From Polyangiales bacterium (lineage in GTDB: Bacteria > Myxococcota_A > Polyangia > Polyangiales > Ga0077539), in assembly GCA_044229975.1 (NCBI GenBank), contig JBGARZ010000001.1:128001-192000 (forward strand): a DNA stretch of 64,000 bases. Direction: 5' to 3'. Below the pieces are notes generated by a model. It did no database searches. It had not been told where the DNA came from and saw nothing but the letters and a program-made list of their open reading frames with translations. The translations under genes and the position numbers were made by a program. This document shows, piece after piece, positions 21,768-31,614 of the stretch. Position 1 is the first letter of the stretch. Every line of letters starts with the position of its first letter.

Positions 21768-23081
21768 GTGCTCGCGCTGTTCGTTACCGCGGTCTTCGTC
21801 CTCATCAATGGGTTCTTCGTCGCGGCCGAGTTTGCGCTCGTCAAACTCCGCGCGACACAGCTCGAGCGCATCTCCAAGCGCACTGATCCCTCCGCCCGCG
21901 CCCTCGTCGACATCTTCTCCAAGCTGGAGAGCTACCTCTCCGCCACGCAGCTCGGTATCACCCTCGCCTCCCTCGGCCTCGGCTGGGTCGGCGAGCCCGC
22001 CATCGCTCACCTGCTCGAAGCCCTCGCCCACGCGGTCCGCATCCATCCGGGCCGCGCTCTGCACTCCGTCGCCTTCGTGCTCGGCTTCAGCGCGCTGACC
22101 GCCGCGCACATCATCTTCGGCGAGCAGGCCCCCAAGCTGGTCGCCATCGCGCAGGCCGAGAAGCTCTCGCTGCTGGTGGCGCGCCCGCTGCGGTGGTTCT
22201 ACATCGCGACGTACCCGGCGCTGAGGGCCATCGACGTGGGCTCGTCGGTGCTCTTGCGCCTCGCGGGCTTCGGCCGGCTCCACGAGAGCGAAGGGTCGCT
22301 CTCCGAAGAGGAGGTGCTCGGGATGATGACCCAGGCGTACGCCAAGGGTCGGCTCTCGCAGCAGAAGCGCCAGCTGCTCGAGCGCATGGTGCGCTTCACC
22401 GAGGGCACCGCGCGCAGCGTGATGGTGCCGCGCCTCGACGTCACCTGGATCGACGCCGACATGGACGTCATCGCCGCCGTCGTGCGGATGCGAGCGTCAG
22501 GCTTCACGCGCTACCCGCTGGTGGAGGGCGGCGACCTCGACAAGGTCGTCGGGTACGTCCACTTCAAGGACGTCATCCACGAGGCCGAGGCGCCCGCCTC
22601 GTTGCGATCGATCATGCGCGAGCTGCTGGTGGTCCCGGAGAGCAAGGGGCTCTTCGACCTGATGCGCGAGATGCAGCACACGCAGCGCCCGATGGCCCTG
22701 GTGGTCGACGAGTACGGCGGCACCAGCGGGGTGCTCACGCTCGAAGACGTGCTGGAGGAGATCGTCGGCGAGATTCGCGACGAGCACGACAAGGAGCACG
22801 AGTCGCCGACGGTGGAGGTGCGCGGCGACGGCATCGTGGTGGCGGGCGGCCGGGTGACGCTCAATGACCTCGAAGCGCGCGGCGTCAACCTGGGCGACCT
22901 CGACGCCGAGACGCTGGCGGGCGCGGTGGTCGAGCGCCTCGGACGGCTGGCGCGCGCGGGCGACACGGTGCGCTTCGGCGACTGGGAGGCGCGGGTCGAG
23001 CAGGTGCGTCGGCGGCGCGTCGAGCGCGTGGTGCTGAAGGCGAAGTCGACGTCGCATCGACCGCACGCCAACGATGACTGA
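21768..23081 (+). CDS. Hemolysin/CorC-HlyC (CNNM + 2 CBS + CorC) family transporter
   Basis: NGFFVAAEFA, QLGIT, GEQAPK, TRYP and VVDEYGGTSG..TLEDVLEEIVGEI. Confidence 0.95.
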   Translation: MLALFVTAVFVLINGFFVAAEFALVKLRATQLERISKRTDPSARALVDIFSKLESYLSATQLGITLASLGLGWVGEPAIAHLLEALAHAVRIHPGRALHSVAFVLGFSALTAAHIIFGEQAPKLVAIAQAEKLSLLVARPLRWFYIATYPALRAIDVGSSVLLRLAGFGRLHESEGSLSEEEVLGMMTQAYAKGRLSQQKRQLLERMVRFTEGTARSVMVPRLDVTWIDADMDVIAAVVRMRASGFTRYPLVEGGDLDKVVGYVHFKDVIHEAEAPASLRSIMRELLVVPESKGLFDLMREMQHTQRPMALVVDEYGGTSGVLTLEDVLEEIVGEIRDEHDKEHESPTVEVRGDGIVVAGGRVTLNDLEARGVNLGDLDAETLAGAVVERLGRLARAGDTVRFGDWEARVEQVRRRRVERVVLKAKSTSHRPHANDD

Positions 23082-23084
23082 TCG

Positions 23085-23891
23085 TCACTCCGCGGGGCGG
23101 GCGTCTTCGGTCACGTCGCGCAGATCGTCCTCCGGTGGAACGGGCTCGCCGCGGGCCCCGACGGTCCATGACACCGCCTCGGTGCGAACGTCGATGTGGA
23201 CGAAGTTGCCGCGCGTAGAGAGGCCGCAGCCGACGTTGGCGATGCTGCGACAGAAGTCCCAGACCGTTCGCAGCGGGACGCCCTCGACGCGGAGGTCGAC
23301 CGCGTAGCCGAGGGCGTGGCGGTTGCGCGGCTCGTCGCGGCCACCGCGGTGCGGGCGATAGCCCGAGAGCACGGTGATGCGTCGGCCTCCGAAGCGGTTG
23401 CTGAGCGTCGGAAACACCTGCACCAGCCGCGGGTGGATGAGGTGCGTCGCCCCGACGCGCGACTGGAGCCAGCGCTCGACCCGCGCCCGTAGCATCGCTC
23501 CGCCCGCGCTGAAGTTGGTGGTGAGCTCGGCGCCATCGCGCGCGCGGACGAGGGTCACGACACCCGGCCGGTGCGATCCGCCCTCGGCGTCGGTGGCGAC
23601 CTCCTCGCGCGTGGGCAACGTCCGCAGCACCTCCTGGGGGACGCCTTCGGGGAGACGCAGCCGACGGCCCACGGCCAGGGGATACGGCGGGCGCAGGCTG
23701 TTGAGCGCGGCGAGCTCGCGCACCGGAACCTGCAACCGCGACGCGACGCGGGGCAGCGAGTCACCCGTGCGAACCACGTAGACCCGGTCACGGGCGGACA
23801 GCGGGGCGCGCGACCGCGGCTGCGCAGAGGCGGAGGTCGTGAGCGACGCCGCGCCGAGGGAGAGCACCAGGGTGAGCCACCGGGGAGTCAT
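23085..23891 (-). CDS. Secreted LysM + YcbK/DUF882 (peptidase M15) protein
   Basis: Signal peptide; LysM YVVRTGDSL..LAALNSL; SGYR, HALGYAVD and FVHID zinc motifs. Confidence 0.85.
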   Translation of the reverse strand: MTPRWLTLVLSLGAASLTTSASAQPRSRAPLSARDRVYVVRTGDSLPRVASRLQVPVRELAALNSLRPPYPLAVGRRLRLPEGVPQEVLRTLPTREEVATDAEGGSHRPGVVTLVRARDGAELTTNFSAGGAMLRARVERWLQSRVGATHLIHPRLVQVFPTLSNRFGGRRITVLSGYRPHRGGRDEPRNRHALGYAVDLRVEGVPLRTVWDFCRSIANVGCGLSTRGNFVHIDVRTEAVSWTVGARGEPVPPEDDLRDVTEDARPAE

Positions 23892-23927
23892 CGCGGAGTG
23901 CGCCCTACCGGACAGGGCGCGGGGACG

Positions 23928-24125
23928 TCAACCGGGCTTGTCGGTGCGCTCGTCGGGCGCAGGCTTCACCGCGATGCGGTCGTCGTTGCGCAGCCCTCGG
24001 CGGAAGCTGCGCAGGAAGCCGCCGAGCGCGTCGCCGATGGGGTTCACCTTCGACGCCCCAAACACCACCGCCACCAGGATCAGGATGAACAACACCTCGC
24101 CGAGTCCCGGAGCGCGCATGCTCAT
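23928..24125 (-). CDS. tatA: Twin-arginine translocase TatA/TatE subunit
   Basis: GLGEVLFILILVAVVFGASKV..IGDALG..LRSFRRGL: one TM helix, FG hinge and amphipathic helix. Confidence 0.8.
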   Translation of the reverse strand: MSMRAPGLGEVLFILILVAVVFGASKVNPIGDALGGFLRSFRRGLRNDDRIAVKPAPDERTDKPG

Positions 24126-24189
24126 GGGCCTCGCATGGCCCGCGACGGGCCGCAAGGTCACTGCGGTGTTCTGTGCGAGTATGCGGGCG

Positions 24190-24669
24190 ATGCAGCTCTT
24201 CCTCATCCGCCACGGCGAGGCCGTCGACGCCGACGCCGCGACCCCCGACGGGTCACGCTGGCTCACCGCCCGAGGGCGCGCCGAGACCGCCACCGCCGCC
24301 ACCTGGCTACGCGCCGCACCGCCCGCGGTCCTGGTCACCTCACCCCTGGTGCGCGCCGCACAGACCGCCGAGGTGCTCGCCCACGCGCTTCTTCCCGCCG
24401 ACCCCGTCGCCGTGCTCGGTGCGCTCGCGACCGGCGATGTGTCCGCCATCATCCGCGCCATCACCGATCACCGCGGCCCTTCCCCCCTCGCGCTCGTCGG
24501 ACATGAGCCCACGCTCTCGCAGGTCGCTTCGACGTTGCTGGAGACCACCCGCTGGCCTGGCTTCGAGAAGTCGGCCGTCGCCTCCTTCGCACTCGACGCC
24601 GGGAAATGGCGCTTCGTCGAGATGTTTCTGCCGCGCTCGGGCCGCACCCTCGACCGCCTCACCCGCTGA
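24190..24669 (+). CDS. sixA: Phosphohistidine phosphatase
   Basis: LIRHGEA, R.LT..G, TSPLVRA.QTA and LVGHEP. Confidence 0.9.
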   Translation: MQLFLIRHGEAVDADAATPDGSRWLTARGRAETATAATWLRAAPPAVLVTSPLVRAAQTAEVLAHALLPADPVAVLGALATGDVSAIIRAITDHRGPSPLALVGHEPTLSQVASTLLETTRWPGFEKSAVASFALDAGKWRFVEMFLPRSGRTLDRLTR

Positions 24670-24678
24670 CCCTTCGCG

Positions 24679-25755
24679 ATGCCACCCCCCATCAGAAACC
24701 GCTCATGGATGGCCGGCTGGGCCGACTCCGCGGGAGGCTGGTTCGACCGCAAGGTGGTCGACCTCGCCCTCGATCTCGCCGCCCGCCCCGGCCGCCGCAA
24801 GCCCGACCCCAACGAGCAGCTCCGGCAGCTCGCCCGCGTCGCCGAGGCCTACGACGACCCCCGCTTCATCACCGACCCCGATTCGTTCTTCATTCCCCCG
24901 GCGCGACCCGCTCCGCGGGCGGTGACGGTTCGCTCGCTGCCCGACGGCGGGCGCGTCGAAGACCTCTCCTTCCCCAGCGGCTTCGTACCGACGCACCCCT
25001 TCCCCCGCGAGGACTACCTCGCCCTCACCGAAAACCGCACGGCCGTCGCCCGCTACTGGCGGCACCGGACGCCCCGCGCCACGGTGATCTGCATCCACGG
25101 CTACCTGGGCGGCTCACTCCCCTTCGAGGAGGTCGCCTTCGAAGCGCCCCGGCTCTACCAGTGGGGCCTCGACGTCATCCTCCCGGTGCTCCCCTTCCAC
25201 GGCCTCCGCGCCCCCGAGGGCCGCCGCGGAACCTGGCCGGGCGTCGACCCCTGGCGCTCCGTCGAGGGCTTCGCCCACGCCATGTCCGATCTCCGCGCCT
25301 GGCACTCGTGGCTCCGATCCGAGGGCTCGTCCTCCGTCGGAGCCTTCGGCATGTCCCTCGGCGGCTACACCTCCGCCCTCCTCTCGACCGTCGACCGCGA
25401 CCTCGACTACGCGGCCCTGATGATCCCGCTGGCCTCGCTGGGAGACGCCTACCTCCAGCACCGCGCCCGCCGCGCCGACCCTCCGCCCGACTGGGTGGGG
25501 CGCCGCATCGACCAGTCCATGCGGGTGGTTTCGCCCTTCACGCGCCCGCCGACCCTGCGGTCCGACCAGGTGCTCGTGCTCGCTGCGGGCAACGACGGCA
25601 TCACCCCCGAGGGCCACGCCGAACGCCTGCGCGACCACTTCTCCGCCCGCTTCGACAGCTTCGCCGGCGGCCACCTCCTCCAGATGGGACGCGGCCGGGC
25701 CTTCGCCGCGCTCAAGAGCTTCCTCCTCGAACGCCGCGTCATCGCCCCGCGCTGA
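24679..25755 (+). CDS. Alpha/beta hydrolase (Ser nucleophile)
   Basis: IHGY, LPFHGLR, GMSLGGY, GNDGIT and GGHL. Confidence 0.85.
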   Translation: MPPPIRNRSWMAGWADSAGGWFDRKVVDLALDLAARPGRRKPDPNEQLRQLARVAEAYDDPRFITDPDSFFIPPARPAPRAVTVRSLPDGGRVEDLSFPSGFVPTHPFPREDYLALTENRTAVARYWRHRTPRATVICIHGYLGGSLPFEEVAFEAPRLYQWGLDVILPVLPFHGLRAPEGRRGTWPGVDPWRSVEGFAHAMSDLRAWHSWLRSEGSSSVGAFGMSLGGYTSALLSTVDRDLDYAALMIPLASLGDAYLQHRARRADPPPDWVGRRIDQSMRVVSPFTRPPTLRSDQVLVLAAGNDGITPEGHAERLRDHFSARFDSFAGGHLLQMGRGRAFAALKSFLLERRVIAPR

Positions 25756-25859
25756 CGGCCCGGGCGGTAGCCAAACCGACCCATCCAACCCGACGCCCTG
25801 CCGCTTGTCTAGCCCCTTGCGCTCGGGCCCACTCCATGGCGCCATCGGCCCCGTTCTCG

Positions 25860-27221
25860 ATGCACGCACTGCTGACCGATCGGTATGAGCTCGCCATGTT
25901 GGGGGCCTACCTCCGGGAAGGAATAGCGGAGCGACGCGGGGTCTTCGAACTCTCGGTGCGGCGGCTCCCCCCCAACCGGCGCTTCCTGCTGACGGCCGGG
26001 CTCGACCGGGTGGTGCGCTACCTCCGCGACCTGCGCTTCACCGACGCCGAGGTGGACTACCTCCGGGCGCAACCGGGCCTCTCGGACGTGATGACCGACG
26101 CCATGGAGGGCTACCTCCGGGCGTTTCGCTTCCGGGGCGACCTCGATGCCATCCCCGAAGGCTCGCTCGCCTTCGAGGGTGAACCCATCCTCCGCGTGGC
26201 CGCCTCGCTCGCCGAGGGTCAGCTCCTGGAGACCTACCTCCTCGGCGTCATCAACACCGAGACCCGCGTCGCCTCCAAGGCCGCGCGCGTGGTGCTCGCC
26301 GCCGACGGTCGCCCGGTGTTCGAGTTTGGCGCCCGGCGGGTCGACCCGCTGACCGCTCCGCACGCAGGTCGGGCGGCCTTCATCGCCGGCTGCGCCGCGA
26401 CCTCGTCCGAGCAGGCCGGCCTCACCTACAGCGTCCCCGTCGCCGGAACGCTCGCCCACAGCTACATCCTCGCCCACCCCGACGACGGCGAAGAGGCCGC
26501 GTTTCTGCGCTTCGCCGAGTCCTTCCCGCAGGGCACCACCCTCCTCATCGACAGCTTCGACACCCGTCGCGGCGCCCTCCGCGCCGCCCGCGCCGGTTCG
26601 TCGGTGAAGGCCGTTCGCATCGACTCGGGCGACCTCCTCGCCCTCGGCCGCGAGGTGCGCCGCATCCTCGACGCCGCGGGCCGCCCCGACATCCAGCTCA
26701 TCGCCAGCGACGACCTCGACGAGCAGCGCATCCGCGACCTGCTCGCGGCCGGTGCCCCCTACGATGCCTTCGGGGTGGGGACGGCCATCACCCTCACCCC
26801 CGACGCCCCCTCGCTGGGCGCCATCTACAAGCTGGTCGAGATCGAAGATCGCCGCGGTGTGCGGGTGGCCGTGGGCAAGCGTTCACCCGGCAAGCCCAGC
26901 ACCGCGGGCGCCAAGCAGGTGTACCGCCATCTCGACGCCGATGGCGTGCTCGTCGAAGACACGGTGCGACTCGCCGACGAGAGCCGCGACCCGCCGTCTT
27001 CCCACGAGGGCGACGGGTTGCTCGTCCCCGTGATGCGCAGCGGCAAGCTGGTGCGTGACCTCCCCTCTCCCGCCGAGAGCGCGCTCGAAGCGCGGGAGCG
27101 GGCGGCACGGGCGCTGCGATCGCTGCCTCCCGCGCTCCGCAACCTGGACGAAGGCGTCACACCGCCTTCCCCCGTGGTGACCTCGGACGTGCTTCGGACA
27201 CTCCCCCCGCGCGGCGACTGA
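25860..27221 (+). CDS. pncB: Nicotinate phosphoribosyltransferase
   Basis: LLTDRYEL.M, EFGARR, GTLAHS, LIDSFD, VRIDSGD, FGVGT and YKLV. Confidence 0.95.
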   Translation: MHALLTDRYELAMLGAYLREGIAERRGVFELSVRRLPPNRRFLLTAGLDRVVRYLRDLRFTDAEVDYLRAQPGLSDVMTDAMEGYLRAFRFRGDLDAIPEGSLAFEGEPILRVAASLAEGQLLETYLLGVINTETRVASKAARVVLAADGRPVFEFGARRVDPLTAPHAGRAAFIAGCAATSSEQAGLTYSVPVAGTLAHSYILAHPDDGEEAAFLRFAESFPQGTTLLIDSFDTRRGALRAARAGSSVKAVRIDSGDLLALGREVRRILDAAGRPDIQLIASDDLDEQRIRDLLAAGAPYDAFGVGTAITLTPDAPSLGAIYKLVEIEDRRGVRVAVGKRSPGKPSTAGAKQVYRHLDADGVLVEDTVRLADESRDPPSSHEGDGLLVPVMRSGKLVRDLPSPAESALEARERAARALRSLPPALRNLDEGVTPPSPVVTSDVLRTLPPRGD

Positions 27222-27371
27222 GCGTCGCGACTGGTCACCGCGGTGATCGGTCCGATCTCCCCCGGGCACTGGTCTCCCTCTCCGATCCAGCGCTGCGGCA
27301 CCGCGTTCCGTGGTGCAATGGCGGCGGCACGAATGATGGAACAGCCCGCCACCGTGAAGGACCAATCGACC

Positions 27372-28394
27372 ATGCGACCCACCACCTGGCAGCGTTCGTG
27401 GCTCCCGATGATGTTGGTGGCGACCGCCGGGTCGCTGGGCCTCGCGCCGGGCTGCGTGGGCGACCCCAACGACGTCAACTTCGACGAGGCGTGGGGCGAC
27501 TGGCAGGTCGAGGAGATCGTCGCGGCCTGTACGCGCTCGGGCATCCTGGCGGGCACCCCCGCGAGCCGCCGCCCGATGATGGAGCGCGCCATGAACTGGG
27601 TCGACAACCGGGTCATGTACTCGCAGACGCCGCAGTCGCGCTGGGGCGGCTACCGCACCGACTGTTCGGGTCTCGTCTCCATGTCGTGGGGTCTCCCGGC
27701 GCCGGGCAACACCACGCACTCGTTTGCGGGCGGCCCTTGGGACAACAACCGCTCGCACCGCATCGACTGGAGCGCGCTCGAACCCGGCGACGCCCTCAAC
27801 AACCCGGCGCACCACATCATGCTCTTCGCCGGCTGGCTCGATGAGCGGCGCACCCGGTTCTGCACGGTCGAGGAGTACAACTGGGGCCGCCCCGCCTCGA
27901 TTCTCCACCACTCCATCTACGACAACGCGCGCGGCAGCCAGATCCGCAACGTCTACCTCCCCATCCGCCTCAACGGCGCGCCCCCGGCTTCGTCGGGCGG
28001 CACCTCCGGTGGAACCTCCGGCGGGACCTCGGGCGGCACCTCTTCGGGCGGCGACCAGTGTTACTCCAACACCCTCCAACGATGGATGCCCGAGCGCTCC
28101 TGCGTGGAGAGCCGCTACGACCGCGACTGGTACCAGTGCGTCGACGGCGTGTGGCGCCTCGGCGCGGGCCGCTACGGCGCGTGCGTCAGCACCAACCAGC
28201 TCTCCCCGGCGCGCAACTCGACGTGCTTCTCGTCGACGCTCGGTCGCGACATGGTCGAGGGCACCTGCCTCCAGAGCCGCCTCGACGGCGACTGGTACCA
28301 GTGCACCGACACCGGCTGGGTCATCGAGCGGAGCCTGCCCGCATCCAACCGCGGGATCATCGGGGCCTGCATGGGGCAGTACCCTCTTCGTTGA
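27372..28394 (+). CDS. NlpC/P60-like cell-wall peptidase lipoprotein with two C-terminal Cys repeats
   Basis: Lipobox-like LAPGC; YRTDCSGLVS; PGD...HIMLF; SGGT linker; duplicated CxSxTL..C..S..D..WYQC unit. Confidence 0.8.
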   Translation: MRPTTWQRSWLPMMLVATAGSLGLAPGCVGDPNDVNFDEAWGDWQVEEIVAACTRSGILAGTPASRRPMMERAMNWVDNRVMYSQTPQSRWGGYRTDCSGLVSMSWGLPAPGNTTHSFAGGPWDNNRSHRIDWSALEPGDALNNPAHHIMLFAGWLDERRTRFCTVEEYNWGRPASILHHSIYDNARGSQIRNVYLPIRLNGAPPASSGGTSGGTSGGTSGGTSSGGDQCYSNTLQRWMPERSCVESRYDRDWYQCVDGVWRLGAGRYGACVSTNQLSPARNSTCFSSTLGRDMVEGTCLQSRLDGDWYQCTDTGWVIERSLPASNRGIIGACMGQYPLR

Positions 28395-28398
28395 GCGT

Positions 28399-29298
28399 CT
28401 ATGCCTTCTTGGGCATCGTCACGATCGGCTTGAGCACGGCCTTGCCGTCCTTGATCGAGACGTCCATCCGCACATCGGCGCCCTGATACTTCTGCGTGAG
28501 TCGGGTCATGTTCTCGCGCGCCTGCCGGGCGATGGACTCGTACTGCACGTCGGTGTTTTCGCCCGTCATCTTGCGCGCTTCGAGGAAGCGCTGGTGCAGC
28601 GCGCGAATCTGCGGATCTTCCGCGACGGGCGCAGGCTTCGCGACCGCCGCGGGCGCGGGTGCGGGCGTCGGTGCAGGGGCGGGGCGGGCCAACGGACGAA
28701 CGACCGGGTTGAGGGGACTGCTGCGCGGAATCGTCGCCCCGAGCGGGCTCGCCGCGGGCCGGGCGACGGGAGCGACGGGCTTCGCGGCCACCGGGATCGG
28801 CGCCGGCGTGGGCGCACGCAGCGGTGATCCGAAGTCGGGGAAGGCCTCGGGCTCGTGGCCGCGCGACGCGTGCATGGTCGTCTCGCTCACGTCGTCGTCG
28901 CCGAGCTCTTCCAGCTCGGGCCCATCGGAGACCTCGGGCTCGGGCGTGGCGCCGGGCTGCGTGTCGGGCGCCGTCTCGCGCCGGTCGAGCGAACGACCCA
29001 GCCGCTGGGCGCGGATGACGTCGCGCTTGTAGGTGCCCTCCTCGATCTGCCGGATGATGCGACCCCAGTACGTCTGGTAGGTGGTGAAGCGCTGCACCAT
29101 CGTCTGGAAGCGGAAGCGCAGACCGCCGTTGCGAAACTGCTCCTTGTGGAGCTGCGCGAAGCGCCGGTCGACGTCCTTGCGCTGCACGAAGGGCATCATC
29201 TTCTCGATGCCGATGAAGTACTGGTCGTACTTCACCCGCAGGCGCTCCAGGCGGCTCTCGAGCTCATCGAGCTCTCGCACGATCTCGGCTGGCGTCAC
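28399..29298 (-). CDS. Myxobacterial conserved protein (MXAN_5187 C-terminal-domain-like)
   Basis: N-terminal LRVKYDQYFIGIEK..RFRFQT..QRF..Y..YW; Pro/Ala linker; C-terminal ARK.TGE...V.IKDGKAVLK. Confidence 0.7.
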   Translation of the reverse strand: MTPAEIVRELDELESRLERLRVKYDQYFIGIEKMMPFVQRKDVDRRFAQLHKEQFRNGGLRFRFQTMVQRFTTYQTYWGRIIRQIEEGTYKRDVIRAQRLGRSLDRRETAPDTQPGATPEPEVSDGPELEELGDDDVSETTMHASRGHEPEAFPDFGSPLRAPTPAPIPVAAKPVAPVARPAASPLGATIPRSSPLNPVVRPLARPAPAPTPAPAPAAVAKPAPVAEDPQIRALHQRFLEARKMTGENTDVQYESIARQARENMTRLTQKYQGADVRMDVSIKDGKAVLKPIVTMPKKA

Positions 29299-29326
29299 GA
29301 CCCTGACCTCCTCTCGCGCCCGTCGC

Positions 29327-29983
29327 TCACAGCGGTGTGATCACGAGGTTGTCGAAGTGCACTTCCGCGTCCCAGTCGTTGAACGCGAAGTACTCATGCC
29401 CCGGCCCCGCCAGCGGGTCGGGGTCGTCCCACTCCAGCATCGCGGTGCCGTCGAGCAGCCAGCGCAGCACGCGGTCGCGACGCTCGACGGTGAAGTGATA
29501 GCGCTGCCCCATCACCACCCGCGGGCCCACGCGCTGCCGACGATCGGGCGCGTGCTCGTCCATGCGCGCGATGACGTTGTAGCTGTTGGACCAGCCGCCG
29601 AAGATCACCACGTAGCTCGTCGCGGTGTACGAGGCCTGCAGCGCGTGCGAGGTACCGTCGCCCCACACCTCGCACTTCAGATCGCCCGCGGGCGAGTTGC
29701 TCCACGCGTCGAACTCGATGCGCGCGTTGCGCGGCAGCCGACGCTTGAGCCAGAGCGGGTGGTTGCGCGCGCCCTGCCCCCGCACCGCGCCGTTGTCGAT
29801 GCGCCAGCCGTCGCCGGTGACGTTCCAGTCGGAGCCGAGCTCGCTGCGCTCGAAGCGGTCTTCGAAGCGCTGCCCCACCGACGGCGCCCGCGGCTCGGTA
29901 CAGCCCGCCACCATCACAGCCCCGCCCCCCGCCGTCGCGGCGAGCGCGCCCGCCAGCGGAACCATCCAGTGCCACCTCTTCAT
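29327..29983 (-). CDS. Hypothetical lipoprotein with lectin/ConA-like beta-sandwich
   Basis: Signal ending VAGC; F.D.F.R..LG..W; HPLWL; FGGW.N; VHFDNL.I. Confidence 0.7.
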   Translation of the reverse strand: MKRWHWMVPLAGALAATAGGGAVMVAGCTEPRAPSVGQRFEDRFERSELGSDWNVTGDGWRIDNGAVRGQGARNHPLWLKRRLPRNARIEFDAWSNSPAGDLKCEVWGDGTSHALQASYTATSYVVIFGGWSNSYNVIARMDEHAPDRRQRVGPRVVMGQRYHFTVERRDRVLRWLLDGTAMLEWDDPDPLAGPGHEYFAFNDWDAEVHFDNLVITPL

Positions 29984-30069
29984 CGCGCAGCGCACCGTAT
30001 CACAGCCCTCCTCGCGGCCCCCATAGCGCACGTTGAACATTTCTCCGCGGTGTTGTGTCGTACGCGCCC

Positions 30070-30630
30070 ATGAAGCGCCCCCTCTCCGCGTCGACCTTGT
30101 TGCTCACCGCCTTCCTCACCGCCGCCCCGCCCGCGCACGCTTCGCCGGGCACCGAGGCGCCGGAGTTCACGCTCCCCGCGGCGCCGGGCGGCCCGACGCG
30201 CGGTCGCTTCCGGCTCGCCGACTCGCTCCACCGCAAGCCCGTCGTGGTGCTCTTCTGGGCCACCTGGTGCCAGCCGTGTATGCAAGAACTCCCGGTCTAC
30301 CAGGCGCTCTTCCAGCGCTACGGCGGACAGTTGCAGGTGGTCGCGGTGTCCATGGACGGGCCCGACTCGGTCGCCGAAGCGGGCGCCACGGCGCGACGGC
30401 TGGGCATCACGTTTCCGGTGGTCACCGACCTGGAGACCCAGGTGGTGTCGGTCTACAACCCGCGCCGCGCGGCGCCCTTCTCGGTGTGGATCGGTCGGGA
30501 TGGGATCATCACTCGCGAGCGCGAGGGATTCTCGATGTCAGAGCAGCCGCAGATCGAGGCCGGCATCGCGGCGCTGATGGGTCGACCGGCGCCCGCAGCG
30601 CCGACCGCCCATCCCGACGCGGGGCACTGA
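30070..30630 (+). CDS. TlpA-family disulfide reductase (thioredoxin fold), exported
   Basis: Signal peptide; APEFTL; FWATWCQPC..ELP. Confidence 0.92.
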   Translation: MKRPLSASTLLLTAFLTAAPPAHASPGTEAPEFTLPAAPGGPTRGRFRLADSLHRKPVVVLFWATWCQPCMQELPVYQALFQRYGGQLQVVAVSMDGPDSVAEAGATARRLGITFPVVTDLETQVVSVYNPRRAAPFSVWIGRDGIITREREGFSMSEQPQIEAGIAALMGRPAPAAPTAHPDAGH

Positions 30631-30632
30631 AC

Positions 30633-31337
30633 TCAGGCGTCGAGGTCGGGCTCGGCGTCGCCGCTGGAGCTGCTCGCGGCCGAGGGTGACGCGCCGTCGT
30701 CCACGGCGCGCAGCTCGTCGCGGGCGCGGCGGGCGACGTCGTTCCAGTCGGCCTGGTGATGGCGGGCGAGGCCGTAGACGTGACCCGGGCGGTGCTCGCT
30801 CACGATGGCCGTGAGCGACCGCATGATCTTCGCGGCGATGTCGTTGTCCTCGGGGTCGCTGATGCGCGGCTGGAGCACGCGGGTCTCCGCGGTCACCGCC
30901 TCGATCTTCAGACGGAGCAGCGACGGGTCCATCCCCGGCGCGTCGTTGCTGATGGTGCGAACCTCTTCCCGAAGCCTCTCCAGGGGGTTGCGCACGCCGG
31001 CGTCGGCGGAGCGGTTGTCGCCGCGGAAGCCGCCGGGCTCGCGGTCGTTGCCGCGGGAGTCCCGCGCGTCGCGGCCACCCTGGAAGTCCCGAGGCGCGTT
31101 GCGCCCTTCGCCCCGGTAGGCCTGGGCGTGGCCGAAGTCGCGGGGCCCGCGCACCTCGCGGGGGGCGTTGAAGTCCCGCGCCGGGCGGCGGTCACCGCCG
31201 TCGTCGCGGCGGAAGCCCTGGGGGGCTGCGGCGGCCGGACCGAGCACATCGTCGATGCGCGCGGCGGCGTCCTTGAACATGTCACGCAGGGAAATGAGCA
31301 ACTCGCGAACGTCACGATCGGAAGGGTTACGGTCCAT
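30633..31337 (-). CDS. Hypothetical protein with central R/G/D-rich disordered region
   Basis: Clean ORF from MDRNPS with AAGGA upstream; helical ends; motif PGHVYGLARHHQADW. Confidence 0.7.
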   Translation of the reverse strand: MDRNPSDRDVRELLISLRDMFKDAAARIDDVLGPAAAAPQGFRRDDGGDRRPARDFNAPREVRGPRDFGHAQAYRGEGRNAPRDFQGGRDARDSRGNDREPGGFRGDNRSADAGVRNPLERLREEVRTISNDAPGMDPSLLRLKIEAVTAETRVLQPRISDPEDNDIAAKIMRSLTAIVSEHRPGHVYGLARHHQADWNDVARRARDELRAVDDGASPSAASSSSGDAEPDLDA

Positions 31338-31614
31338 GGAAAGAGGGTCCTTGGTAGGGGGAGCGCGGAGGGCGTCTGGCGCGGCGGGGTCAACGAACCC
31401 AAAACCATCAATGAGCGCTGGCAGCGCCCTCGCGACGAATGAGTGGAGCGGCGGGGCTTCTAAGCCCACCGACCCCGTCCGCGCAAGCACAGTCCCGAGC
31501 GACCCCTCACTGCCGTCTTCTCGGGCGCATACAACCAGTTGGCAGGCGCCACGAACGGCCTCAGGATGCGGCCCCTCCCTTCCCACTCCACCACCACGGG
31601 ACGTGAACTCCTTC

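Noticed and set aside
24606..25859. Apparent long N-terminal extensions in the ORF track (pncB 871 aa, JmjC 685 aa, PQQ-like 705 aa)
   Set aside because: These are upstream open-frame run-ons overlapping other real genes. The true starts lie at the family N-termini.
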